Numbered from the stretch's first letter, positions 1-9,565 are shown. The stretch: 21,312 bases of DNA from an uncultured archaeon (GCA_963787445.1 CAWBCT010000018.1:1-21312); one strand, 5' to 3'. The notes: generated from the sequence alone by a model not told the origin. Made by a program: numbers and translations.

Positions 1-80
1 TCAGCGGCAAGATAGGAGTCGTCGTCGGGCCGGTAGACGCTCTCCGGGGTCTTCAGGTTGAGCTCAAGGTACTTCGGCAA
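1..80 (-). CDS. 5' end of a HemK2/N6AMT1-like (release factor glutamine) methyltransferase, running off the window
   Basis: Not in the ORF track. TTG at 80-78 preceded by GTGATG translates (M)PKYLELNLKTPESVYRPDDDSYLAA, matching the N-terminal VYxPxxDSxL motif of archaeal HemK2. Confidence 0.7.
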   Translation of the reverse strand, partial: MPKYLELNLKTPESVYRPDDDSYLAA

Positions 81-125
81 GGCATCACGCAACGTTTTAT
101 AATTGTGCAACCACTCTATATTCCT

Positions 126-704
126 ATGTCAAAAGCTAGCGGCACGCCGAGCGAGATGCCCACGTGGATTCAGTGCCAGGAGCTGCTGGTGAAGTGCAAG
201 AACGAGCTCATCCTGGAGGCTATTGACGCCTTGCATAGGGAGATAGCAGCGAACAGGATGGAGGTCAACGGCGAGATAGTGAAGATAGAGGGGAAAGCGA
301 ACGACATAGACAAGGACCTCTTCATAATAAGCAACCTGCTCGAGCAGGAGCCGAAGATACGCGAGCAGTACGGCAAGTACATAAGCGACGCCGAGCACGG
401 AAGGATAAGCGACCCGGCGATGATGGAGCGCGTGCAGGAGCTCAGGAAGTTCCTGCTCTCCCTGACGGAGATCCACCTGCTCATGAGGTTCGCGCGCTCG
501 TTTGATGAGTGGATGTCGGACTTCGGCGGGACCATGGAGCTAAGCGATCTGGCCGAGATAGTGGCGAAGACGGCGAAGCACAACGTGGAAAGGGTTGAGG
601 CCCTTGAGTTCATAGTAAATGACAAGGCCTTCATGAAGAACGAGGCGCTTTCGGAGAAGGAGTTTGAAGCGATCAAGACAGCATTCAGGATGTGCAGGCA
701 ATGA
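126..704 (+). CDS. Hypothetical helical protein (~192 aa)
   Basis: Host-like GC3-rich codons. TTTTATAA TATA-like box at 96-103. ATG126 is preferred over GTG105. The stop overlaps the nfo start (ATGA at 701-704). Confidence 0.75.
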   Translation: MSKASGTPSEMPTWIQCQELLVKCKNELILEAIDALHREIAANRMEVNGEIVKIEGKANDIDKDLFIISNLLEQEPKIREQYGKYISDAEHGRISDPAMMERVQELRKFLLSLTEIHLLMRFARSFDEWMSDFGGTMELSDLAEIVAKTAKHNVERVEALEFIVNDKAFMKNEALSEKEFEAIKTAFRMCRQ

Positions 705-1525
705 ACAGGATAGGATTCCACGTGTCGGCTGCGGGCGGGGTCAGCAACGCATTCGACAACGCCAGGGAGATCGGCTGCAACGCGATGCAGATCTTCCTGA
801 GCAGCCCTCAGATGTGGGATGTCAGCCCGATAAGCAAGGAGGAGAAGGCACGCTTCATAGAAAAGGATAAGTCGAGCGACATAAAGCCGGTCGTTGTCCA
901 CATGCCGTATCTCCCAAACCTTTCTTCGCCAAAAGCCGACACCTACAAGAAGTCGGTAAGCACGCTCAAGGAGATAGCGAAGAGCTGCAGCGCGCTTGGG
1001 ATAGGAAACGTGGTGATGCACCTGGGCAGCCATCTGGGGGAAGGCAAAGAGATCGGAATGAAAAACGTAGTCGCAGCCGTAAACTCTGCGCTTAATGAGG
1101 TGGACGATGTTTGCATGCTGCTCGAGGATCAGGCAGGCCAGACCAACACTGTCGGCACAAATATGGAAGACCTTGGCGAGATATACAAGCAGTTGAGCAA
1201 GAGGAATGCGGGAATCTGCCTTGACACCTGCCATCTTTGGGGAGCCGGGTACGACATAGGCGACCACGAGGTCCTCAAAAAGATAGACAAGACGTTAGGA
1301 TTCAAGAACGTGAAGCTGATACACCTGAATGACTCAAAATTCGGCATTGGCTTAGGCAAGGACAGGCACGAGCGGATTGGAGAAGGAGAGATAGGGGCCA
1401 AGCGCATAGCAAGCTTCCTCTCCTACAAGGGAATCGATAGCATCCCTCTGATTATGGAGACGCCGCACGAGACCACTGAGAGCCAGATAAAGGAGCTGGC
1501 GTTGGTAAAGCGACTCCTGAAGTAA
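701..1525 (+). CDS. nfo: Endonuclease IV (AP endonuclease 2)
   Basis: Motifs IGFHVS, QIFLSSP, HMPYLPNLSS, HLGS, LLED, CLDTCHLW, IHLNDSK, DRHERIGEG, IMETP. Start placed at ATG701, coupled to the upstream stop. Confidence 0.95.
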   Translation: MNRIGFHVSAAGGVSNAFDNAREIGCNAMQIFLSSPQMWDVSPISKEEKARFIEKDKSSDIKPVVVHMPYLPNLSSPKADTYKKSVSTLKEIAKSCSALGIGNVVMHLGSHLGEGKEIGMKNVVAAVNSALNEVDDVCMLLEDQAGQTNTVGTNMEDLGEIYKQLSKRNAGICLDTCHLWGAGYDIGDHEVLKKIDKTLGFKNVKLIHLNDSKFGIGLGKDRHERIGEGEIGAKRIASFLSYKGIDSIPLIMETPHETTESQIKELALVKRLLK

Positions 1526-1552
1526 ATAAAGGGTGAAAAATTAGGTGACAAT

Positions 1553-3181
1553 ATGACCATTAGTGTAAACCATGAAAAAAATATATTTGAAAAAGGTGAC
1601 ATAAAAATCGTCAGCAGATTGAAGATGACAAGAATGCCAGACGGAGATCATGCTTGGCGCTGGAAAAATCAGCTGATAAAACGAAAAATGCCAATCTCAG
1701 GAGGCATGAATCCTCACGCCGTGATAATAGGCGAGAGTGGTTCCGGCAAGAGCAACGCTTGCAAGGCTTTGATACTTAGCTTGCTTGATGAAAAATGCAA
1801 CTTCATCGTCCTAGATCCTCACAACGAGTACGTTGGCATGGCGGATATGATTAAGGCAAATGTATACAATTGCGCCAATGGAGGCATAAACATTTTTGAA
1901 ACAGATGGAATGTCATTTGTAGAAAAAAGTACTGAACTCACAATGATGTTCACAAAACACATGAGACTAGGCCATTATCAGAGCTCTGTGTTGTATAAGT
2001 GTCTTAGGTACATGTACGAACATAATGAAAAGGCGTCAGAGCCAACTAAGTATAGTCTCAGAAAAGTGATGGATGGCTTCTTGGCTAAGGCGGATAAGAG
2101 AGAGGCTAGTGCAATAAATACAATTAGCCAACGACTAGCGATGCTTCATGGCAATACTATAAGTTACTGTTTGAAAATCGAGGAGATTCTGAATTCGAAT
2201 AATGTATTGGCATTGTCAGAATTACATACTTCCGAGTCGCAAGCCGTATTCATAGAGGGTTTTCTACGAAAGGTCTATTCAACAATGCTTTCAACGCGCA
2301 GACCGAAAGGTAAAACAACTTACATAGTTGTTGAGGAGGCAGGTAAGTTGGGGGAGTGTGAGATACTCAAAAGATTAATTTCTGAAGGCCGTAAGTATGG
2401 AATTGGTATAATAGCGGTGGCTCAGAGCGCGAAGAGCTTGGATCGTGAGGTGAGGATAAATGCGGCACTATTCATTTCCTTCTATCAGCGCGAACCTGAA
2501 GAACTGAACTACGTAGCTAACTTCATATCAGGCGGCAATGAAGGCAAGCGTTTCATAGAGGTCAAAAAGGCGTTGAGAAGCCTGTCGAATGACCATGCCT
2601 TGGTTCTTTCCCATGGCATGCTCGAACCGGTCATTGCAAATTTTGCCCCAGTTAGATACCAAAAAGGGAATCTTGGTTATAGTATAGCTGAATTTACAAA
2701 AATACCAATCAGCAAAGGAGAGCTGTGTCGCAAGCTTTACTCCCAAGGTTTCAACTTCAGAGAAGCGGAGGCCACTATCGAGAGGCTTACTATAGAGGCG
2801 AAGCTCAGGAACTATGTTTTAGAAGGATGCGGTGAGTTCGACGGAAAATGGTATGTCAGTAATCCAACGTATACGCCAGAGCACGATGTGATGGTTGAAA
2901 TAATAAGCAGGAAGCTCACAAAGGTTGGCATCAGCAACAGAATTCACAACAAGGCCGGTGGGCCCGATGTAATTGGATATACAAAAGAGGGCAAGGTGGC
3001 TTTTGAATACGAAACTGGTAAAAATGCGAAAAGCCAATTCGCAGATGAACTTGCACGAAGGAAAGCACAGGATTATCGGGCTATTATTGTAATTGTGAAC
3101 TCAGAAAAACTGCATAACTATCTCCATTATAAAAAGGAGAAATCGGTCAGGGTAATCACGGAGAGGGAATTCCTAGCCTAA
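1553..3181 (+). CDS. HerA/FtsK-superfamily (DUF87-like) ATPase with C-terminal winged-helix and PD-(D/E)xK-like domain
   Basis: Walker A GESGSGKS, LDPHNEY, Walker B variant IVVEEA, EGRKYGIG...AQS. C-terminal GPDVIG...VAFEYETGK. GGTGA RBS upstream. Lower GC than neighbours by eye. Confidence 0.85.
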   Translation: MTISVNHEKNIFEKGDIKIVSRLKMTRMPDGDHAWRWKNQLIKRKMPISGGMNPHAVIIGESGSGKSNACKALILSLLDEKCNFIVLDPHNEYVGMADMIKANVYNCANGGINIFETDGMSFVEKSTELTMMFTKHMRLGHYQSSVLYKCLRYMYEHNEKASEPTKYSLRKVMDGFLAKADKREASAINTISQRLAMLHGNTISYCLKIEEILNSNNVLALSELHTSESQAVFIEGFLRKVYSTMLSTRRPKGKTTYIVVEEAGKLGECEILKRLISEGRKYGIGIIAVAQSAKSLDREVRINAALFISFYQREPEELNYVANFISGGNEGKRFIEVKKALRSLSNDHALVLSHGMLEPVIANFAPVRYQKGNLGYSIAEFTKIPISKGELCRKLYSQGFNFREAEATIERLTIEAKLRNYVLEGCGEFDGKWYVSNPTYTPEHDVMVEIISRKLTKVGISNRIHNKAGGPDVIGYTKEGKVAFEYETGKNAKSQFADELARRKAQDYRAIIVIVNSEKLHNYLHYKKEKSVRVITEREFLA

Positions 3182-3222
3182 GCGCCCAGTCAATTTTTAT
3201 TCCTTTAAGCCCATTCCTAATC

Positions 3223-4149
3223 ATGGAATCCATAGAGCTAGGCAAGTCAGGCGTGAAACTGCCAGTATTGGGAATGGGAACGTGGAAGCTCGGCGCGGAC
3301 TACGCGGGCTCGGTCCAGGTGCTCAAGCGGGGAATAGAGCTGGGAATACATTTCGTGGACACGGCTGAGCTCTACGGCAATGAGGTCATCGTGGGCGAGG
3401 CGATAAAGGGGAGCGGGGTCTTCCTGGCCACGAAGGTCTCCCCCGGCCATTTCAAGGAGAAGGACGTGCTTGCCGCCTGCGACGAGAGCCTGAAGCGGCT
3501 CGGCACGAAGCACATAGACCTGTACCAGCTCCACTGGCCAAACCACAACGTCCCCATAAAGGAGACGATGCGAGCTATGGAGAGGCTCGTGGACGAGGGG
3601 AAGATAAGGCACATCGGAGTGAGCAACTTCTCCGTGGCGGAGTTCGAGGAGGCCAGGGCGGCGATGCACAGGCACGAGATCGTCTCCAACCAGATAGAGT
3701 ACAGCGTGATCGTGCGGGAGGTGGGGGACGCATTTATGGAGTTTGCGAAGAGGAATAAGGTGGCGGTGATAGCCTACAGCCCGTTCGGGCACGGCGCGCT
3801 GTACGACGAGCGGTACGGGGGCGCGCACGCGCTGCTGGACGAGATAGGGAAGAGGCACGGGAAGACGGCGAGCCAGGTGGCGCTGAACTGGCTGATGGAG
3901 AAGGGGGACGTCTCGGTGATCCCCAAGGCCTCGAGCCTGCACCACCTGGAGGAAAATCTTGGAGCCGTGGGCTGGAAGCTCAAGCCGGATGACATCAAAC
4001 AGATCAACGAGATCGGCCAGCTCAAGGAGCCGCTCTCCAACCGGATGAACACCCCGGTGGCTAGGAAGATGTCGGGCTTCTGGTCCAAGGTGATGGGCAG
4101 GATGGAGAGCAGAGGAATTGCCAAGAAGCCCGGGCAGGAAAAGGATTAA
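3223..4149 (+). CDS. Aldo/keto reductase
   Basis: Motifs LGMGTW, DTAELYGNE, ATKV, IDLYQLHWP, IGVSNF, NQIEYS, AYSPFG, IPKAS. Confidence 0.95.
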   Translation: MESIELGKSGVKLPVLGMGTWKLGADYAGSVQVLKRGIELGIHFVDTAELYGNEVIVGEAIKGSGVFLATKVSPGHFKEKDVLAACDESLKRLGTKHIDLYQLHWPNHNVPIKETMRAMERLVDEGKIRHIGVSNFSVAEFEEARAAMHRHEIVSNQIEYSVIVREVGDAFMEFAKRNKVAVIAYSPFGHGALYDERYGGAHALLDEIGKRHGKTASQVALNWLMEKGDVSVIPKASSLHHLEENLGAVGWKLKPDDIKQINEIGQLKEPLSNRMNTPVARKMSGFWSKVMGRMESRGIAKKPGQEKD

Positions 4150-4174
4150 GAAGACGCCCAAGCCATACTAAACG

Positions 4175-5056
4175 ATGGCAATCTCAGACATCACCATAGG
4201 CATAATACTCGCGTTCATCGCGATGGTCTCCTGGGGATTCGGCGACTTCTTCATACAGAAATCAACCATAAAGATCGGCGACTGGGAGACTCTCTTCTTC
4301 ATCTCAATCATAGGCGTAATCATCGTCACGCCGTTCATCTGGAGCAGCGTGCCGGCTCTTTTCGCAAACCTCCCCGATCTGCTGCTTTTGCTGGTGGTCT
4401 CGGTGCTTCTTCTAGCGGCCGCGCTTTTTGACTTCGAGTCGCTCAGGCAGGGCAAGATAGCCATAATAGAGCCGATCTACGCGCTGGAGATCCCCGTTGC
4501 AGGACTGCTTGCATTCCTCATCCTGAACGAGACGGTGACCTTGCTCCAGCTTGGCCTGATAATAGGCATAGTGGTAGGGCTGGTGCTGGTCTCGCTGAGA
4601 AAATTCAACATAAAGGCAAAGCACCTGGTGGAAAGGGGCGTGATTCTCGCGGTGATAGGCACCATCTTCATGGGAATGGTGAACTTCGGGTTCGGCGTGG
4701 GCTCCAGAGCCACAAGCGCGCTCCTGACCAACTGGTTTGCCGATCTATTTCTGGCGGTCATCACCGTCGCCTACATCCTATACAAGAAGAGGCACGGGAT
4801 GGTACTCTTCCACTTCAAGCACAACAAGAAGGTGATCTTCAGGATGTCGATACTGGACAAGATCGCCTGGGTCTCCTTCGCGGGCGCGATGGTTCTGGCA
4901 CCCATAGTCATCGTGGTGCCCCTCTCGGAGAGCTACATAATACTCACCGTGCTGCTTGGAGTCATCATAAACAGGGAGAAGATCAACAGGCACCAGACGA
5001 TTGGGCTTGTAATTGGAGTAGGATGTGCGATACTTCTTGCGGCAAGCATCATCTGA
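4175..5056 (+). CDS. EamA/DMT-family transporter
   Basis: About 10 hydrophobic segments in two repeats. AMVSWG, LILNETVT and IINREKI EamA-type signatures. Confidence 0.9.
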   Translation: MAISDITIGIILAFIAMVSWGFGDFFIQKSTIKIGDWETLFFISIIGVIIVTPFIWSSVPALFANLPDLLLLLVVSVLLLAAALFDFESLRQGKIAIIEPIYALEIPVAGLLAFLILNETVTLLQLGLIIGIVVGLVLVSLRKFNIKAKHLVERGVILAVIGTIFMGMVNFGFGVGSRATSALLTNWFADLFLAVITVAYILYKKRHGMVLFHFKHNKKVIFRMSILDKIAWVSFAGAMVLAPIVIVVPLSESYIILTVLLGVIINREKINRHQTIGLVIGVGCAILLAASII

Positions 5057-5062
5057 TAAAAA

Positions 5063-8000
5063 CTAGACCTTCTCCACAGCGATATTCGCGGTCTCTTCCT
5101 CGATCTCGAACGGCTTCGCATGGGGGGAAGAGGCTTCAACGATGGAGGTCGCGTTCACGTCCTTCCTGATCTTCTTAATATTCTCTTTAATCAGTTTCAC
5201 CAATAGCGGCGAGCCGGTGTACTGCACCCTTACCTTATCGGGCTTGCGCAGCTCCATCTCCTTCCTGATCATCTGGACGTGCCTCTCGAACTCCCTGATG
5301 AGCGCCTCGGCCTGGAGCTCCCTGTCGATCTGCGGGTCGATGTAGGCTATGCCGGCACGGAAGGGCACGGCGTTGGGCTTGGAGGCCTTCTCGAGCAGGG
5401 TAAAGTGCTCCTTGGTCACCTCAACGGGCCCCTTGGAAGTATGCAGCATAAACACCCCCTTGGAAGATATGCCAGCCTCGAGTGCCTTGGCATCGGCGGT
5501 CTTGAGCGCCTCGGCCACAGCCGAAGCCTTCTCCTTGAAGGAGGGGCCAAGCTTCGCGAACATCGGGCGAATCTCCACCTCGAAGTCCTCGGTGCGCTTG
5601 ACTTCGAGGTGCTTCAAATTAGTATAGTCTTCCACAAGCCTTGCGAACCGTTGCAGAGACTGCTCAGATTCCGCCTTGTGGACTTCAAGGGTTGCCTTCG
5701 ATAAGGGTTGCCTCAACTTGATGTTCGCCTTCTCCCTGCTGCTCAATATGGCAGTGACCGAGTCCATCGCAAGGTCAAATCCGACCTCAACTTCGGTATT
5801 AATCAGCTTCTTGTTCACCTTAGGCCAGTCATTCAGGAAGATGCTCTCTGCTGAGCCCTCTTTCTTGTAATATTTCAGATAAAGATACTCTGAAGTGAAC
5901 GGGATGAACGGCGAATAGGCCGTGATCAGTGTATAAAGTAGGTAGTTAATTAGGTCCAGGGTCTTCTTTGCCTCTGACCTGCTCCCATCGATTATCCTCT
6001 TCTTGGCTATCTTGAGGTAGAATCTGCTCAAATCATTAAGGCAGAACTCGCCTAGAGCATTATTCGCTACCTGGACCTCGTACTTCTCAAGAGACTCACT
6101 CGCCGTCTTCAGAGTAGAGTTTAGCCTCGACACAATCCAAACATCCTCCAAATTACTCTTATCATTAATTCTTGGCTTCTTGATCTTGTCTGCCTTGTAG
6201 TCTATCGCAGAGGCGTAATCCTCAAACAACTGGAAAACGTTATACAAAATGTTAATCTTCTTGCTCGCCTCCTTTATCTCATCCTTCTTGAACTGCAAAT
6301 CAAGCCACTGCGTATGGCTGGAAACCCATAATCGATACGCATCCGCGCTGGTAAACGTCAAAAGTTCCTTCAATGAGATGTAATTGCCCCAACTCTTGTG
6401 CATCTCCCTTCCATCTTCAGCAAGTAGCATCCCGTCTATTACCACATTCTTGAAGGGGGTCTTCCCATAGACCATGACGCTGCTCTTCAGTAATACAGAA
6501 AACCACCCCCTTAGTTGATCCTTACCCTCTAAGATGAAGGCAGCAGGGAACAGCCTGTCAAACTCCTCCTTGCTCAGGCTTGCCACGAAGGCGATGCTCG
6601 CATCGAACCACACGTCGGCCACATCGCTGATGCGGCGCATGATGCTGTTACACTTAGGACAATCGAGTAAGATTGCATCTACGTGAGGCCTGTGAAGGTC
6701 ATGAAGTTTTGCCACTGCCTCCTTATTGTGGGCCTTCTCAGATAACTCATGAACAGATCCGATAACCTCGATGTGCTTGCACTTCTCGCACTCCCAGATC
6801 GGAATAGGAGTTCCCCAATATCTTTGACGAGAGAAACACCAGTCAGGCGAGTTCTGGAGCACATCTTCCATCCAAGATTGCGCTTCGGCAGGGTGCCAAG
6901 AAACCTTTCGGTTCTCCTTAATTATCTTCTTTTTGACCTTCTGGACGTTCAGGAACCACTGACGTGTGCCAATCATGATTAATTTGGTATTGCATCTCCA
7001 ACAATGAGGATAACTGTGAACTACATTGCCCACATCAAGAAGGGCTCCCGTAGTCTTTAAGTATGACAATACCTTCTCATTTGCCTCACCAGGAACAGCG
7101 ATGCCTTCCAAGGTTCCTGCATCAGAAGTATAGTGTGCATGTGAGTCTAGAGGCACGAAGATTGGTAGTTTGTTCTTCTTGCCCGCCGCATAGTCCTCTG
7201 CTCCGTGACCAGGCGCTATGTGGACAAGGCCGCTTCCTTCAGTTGATGAGACCAGGCCCTCTTCAAAGATGACCTTGTGAAACTTCCTGAACTCCTTCTG
7301 CTTTGGTATCTGGTCCTCAAGAGGGCTCAGATACTTTATCCCTTCAAGTTCGCTACCGTAGAACTCACTTTCAACGACAGCGCTCTCTCCAAGGACATCA
7401 ACAACCGCATCAAGACGGCTTTGGGCAATTATGAGTGACTTGCTGCCAACTGTTGCCTTCACATAACGTCCTTTGGGGTTTACTGCCACGGCTATGTTGG
7501 CAGGTATGGTCCATGGTGTGGTGGTCCAGATGAGCAGGTAGGTGTTATCATCTATCTTTATCTTTGGCCTTGACGCCTTCGTATCCACCTTGAATGCGAC
7601 AAATATGGCAGGATCCTTCTCATCCGAGTAGGAGACCTCGAGGGTTCCCTGCGCAAGGACTGTCTCGCAGTGCGTGCAGTAGAGCATGGACTTGAGATCC
7701 GAGTAAAGAAGTCCTTTCTCGTACTCTTTCTTCAGTATCGACCATCCTGCCTCTATGAACTCCCTTTTGTATGCAAAGTACGCATTGTCAAAGTCAAGGG
7801 ACATGCCGAAGCGCAGATAGTCCCTTTTCATATTGGGGATGAGGGCGTCGACGAACTCCTTGCAGCGCTTGATGAAGCTCTCGACCCCGATTCCGGTCTC
7901 GATATCCCTCTTGGAGGTTATCTTGAGCTCCCTCTCCACCTTATTTTCAATAGGAAGGCCATGGACGTCGTAGCCGGCGCGGTCGTGGACATCCCAACCG

Positions 8001-8203
8001 TTCATGCGGCGGTACCTGAGGAGTATGTCCTTAACGTCCTTTACCCAGATTTGGCCAGGATGAAGCTCTCCTGAGGCGTAAGGTGGGCCATCTAGGAAGT
8101 AGAAGGGCTTCTTGCCCTTGTTCTTGGCGCGTGTCTTCTCGAGGATGCTGTTCTCGCTCCAGTACTTGAGAACCTCCTCTTCGTTCTTATTAAGGTCGAA
8201 CAC
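5063..8203 (-). CDS. ileS: Isoleucine--tRNA ligase (archaeal/eukaryote-type, IleRS2-like)
   Basis: FLDGPPYASG-ELHPGQ (HIGH region), GYDVHGLPIE, WTTTPWTIPAN, GSGLVHIAPGHG, HSYPHCWRC, DWCFSRQRYWG, EGKDQLRGWF, EMHKSWGN. True start is likely GTG8203 (GGTGT RBS), not the ORF-track ATG8299. Confidence 0.97.
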   Translation of the reverse strand: MFDLNKNEEEVLKYWSENSILEKTRAKNKGKKPFYFLDGPPYASGELHPGQIWVKDVKDILLRYRRMNGWDVHDRAGYDVHGLPIENKVERELKITSKRDIETGIGVESFIKRCKEFVDALIPNMKRDYLRFGMSLDFDNAYFAYKREFIEAGWSILKKEYEKGLLYSDLKSMLYCTHCETVLAQGTLEVSYSDEKDPAIFVAFKVDTKASRPKIKIDDNTYLLIWTTTPWTIPANIAVAVNPKGRYVKATVGSKSLIIAQSRLDAVVDVLGESAVVESEFYGSELEGIKYLSPLEDQIPKQKEFRKFHKVIFEEGLVSSTEGSGLVHIAPGHGAEDYAAGKKNKLPIFVPLDSHAHYTSDAGTLEGIAVPGEANEKVLSYLKTTGALLDVGNVVHSYPHCWRCNTKLIMIGTRQWFLNVQKVKKKIIKENRKVSWHPAEAQSWMEDVLQNSPDWCFSRQRYWGTPIPIWECEKCKHIEVIGSVHELSEKAHNKEAVAKLHDLHRPHVDAILLDCPKCNSIMRRISDVADVWFDASIAFVASLSKEEFDRLFPAAFILEGKDQLRGWFSVLLKSSVMVYGKTPFKNVVIDGMLLAEDGREMHKSWGNYISLKELLTFTSADAYRLWVSSHTQWLDLQFKKDEIKEASKKINILYNVFQLFEDYASAIDYKADKIKKPRINDKSNLEDVWIVSRLNSTLKTASESLEKYEVQVANNALGEFCLNDLSRFYLKIAKKRIIDGSRSEAKKTLDLINYLLYTLITAYSPFIPFTSEYLYLKYYKKEGSAESIFLNDWPKVNKKLINTEVEVGFDLAMDSVTAILSSREKANIKLRQPLSKATLEVHKAESEQSLQRFARLVEDYTNLKHLEVKRTEDFEVEIRPMFAKLGPSFKEKASAVAEALKTADAKALEAGISSKGVFMLHTSKGPVEVTKEHFTLLEKASKPNAVPFRAGIAYIDPQIDRELQAEALIREFERHVQMIRKEMELRKPDKVRVQYTGSPLLVKLIKENIKKIRKDVNATSIVEASSPHAKPFEIEEETANIAVEKV

Positions 8204-8240
8204 GTAGACACCAATGAATAAGAATATAGGCGATGTGAAG

Positions 8241-8255
8241 CTCTTAAAGGTTTTG
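8241..8255 (-). promoter_or_regulatory. Putative BRE/TATA promoter of ileS
   Basis: Minus strand reads AAAACCTTTAAGAG about 40 nt upstream of GTG8203. Confidence 0.45.
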
Positions 8256-8289
8256 TGTGCGTGTTTTACACCCTTAAAATTTACTGTGG

Positions 8290-8354
8290 GGCTTTGCATT
8301 TTTAATCCAATTTTCGACCTATTAAAATTGCAAAGCGATGAATAAAATTGCAGA
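8290..8354. repeat. Left-end inverted repeat/hairpin of the element plus a third subterminal copy
   Basis: GCTTTGCATTTTTAAT (8291-8306) and ATTAAAATTGCAAAGC (8321-8336) form 16-bp arms with 1 mismatch and a 14-nt spacer. Third copy AATAAAATTGCAGA at 8341-8354. Confidence 0.8.
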
Positions 8355-8355
8355 C

Positions 8356-9556
8356 TTATAAAACCACCTTATTAAAGTTGGGTTCTATCCCCAACTCATA
8401 CATCTCCTGAATTAATACGGTTATGTTGTATGCTATTATCTTGCACAATAATTCATTAATTTGTGATGTTTTGTTCCTTGATTTGAGGACATCTCCGAGT
8501 TTCTTCTTCATAGATGCGAATGTACTCTCAACATTGCTTCTCATGTGATAGTGATTCATGAACTCCTCCTTGTTATAGGCAAAATAATGGAACATCTTGC
8601 GCCAGATATGGTTGCCGCCCTGCGGTTTGCTTGTGGAATTCTCCTTAAACGGTATGTATGCAGTGCCCCCTAAATCATCTACAAAGGCGATATTTTTCCT
8701 GCTCAAATACGCCTTATCTCCATAGGCTTCCTTAACACTAAACCCATTGTCGGATGTTTCCTGTATAAGTGGTATGAACTGCGGGGAATCTGCACCATCC
8801 TCATCAGTGATCCTTGCAGACGTTATTATGTTGGTTCTTACACCTATGCAGACGTGAGCCTTTAACCACTTGTGTTTCTTCTTTGTGTTGTGCTTTTCCT
8901 TGCAGTACTCGTTGAATTGCGTAGTCCTAAATCCTGTCGAATCTACAGCGAAATCTATCTCTATTGCCTTTAATGGCGATGCGGTTATCGTAATCAGATT
9001 GTGCAGTATGGGTGTTAAGTCCTCCCTGTTAAGAAGTGTAGACGGAAGATTGAAGTTGGGTATCGTGTCTATGTACCCTTTCTCCTTGGAAACGCCGAAC
9101 AGGGAGTTTACCCTCCTGCTCGACATCTGCGTGTATACCTTCTTTATCGCAACAAAAAGCCCCGTATTGAAGCCTATTCGTGGCCTTCCGTGTATTTTAG
9201 GCGGTTTTGGGTCTTCCACCTCTCTTGACCAAATCGGCAAGCAATTCCTCGAATAGCTTGCCTTCTTTGGTCTGCGCCTGATTATAGGTGCTCCATGCCT
9301 GTTTGTATGTGAGGCGTATCTTTTCTATCTCTGTGCCGGCAGGTTTTAGCTTTTCTATGTCAAGATAGTACCTTACAGCATATGCATGCTTGCAAGTGGC
9401 GTTATGCATTTCCGAATCAGGGCAGTCACAGGTAAAGTCCTCTGAGACCCTATGAAATCCGTATCCTGACTGGGATCTAACAATCCAGCCGTCTTCTGTT
9501 TCCTTTACGGCCTTTTGCCTTGCCAGCGCAAGCCCCCTACGTTGTCTTTTATCCAT
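8356..9556 (-). CDS. IS5-family (IS903-like) DDE transposase with N-terminal SWIM zinc finger; split by a 1-nt frameshift near 9221-9227
   Basis: ORF 9197-9556 has CDCPD...TCKHAYAV (SWIM). ORF 8356-9240 has AVDSTGF, WLKAHV, DSPQF, GDKAY and YHMRSNVESTF. The span is 1201 nt (400 codons + 1). Removing one A from GTCAAGAGAGGTG joins the two frames into ~399 aa. Confidence 0.9.
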
Positions 9557-9565
9557 ACTATCACT

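Noticed and set aside
129-8074. Long antisense or alternate-frame ORFs (e.g. 170-1267, 3247-4161, 5279-5704, 7670-8074)
   Set aside because: They shadow well-supported genes with GC3-rich codons and carry no recognisable motifs.
8204-8299. 32-aa N-terminal extension of IleRS from the ORF track
   Set aside because: It covers the promoter and the element's left end. GTG8203 has an RBS and gives a typical IleRS N-terminus.
9197-9240. Programmed ribosomal frameshift in the transposase
   Set aside because: Joining needs a +1 shift and there is no X XXY YYZ slippery heptamer at the junction. A single-base insertion (mutation or error) is simpler.
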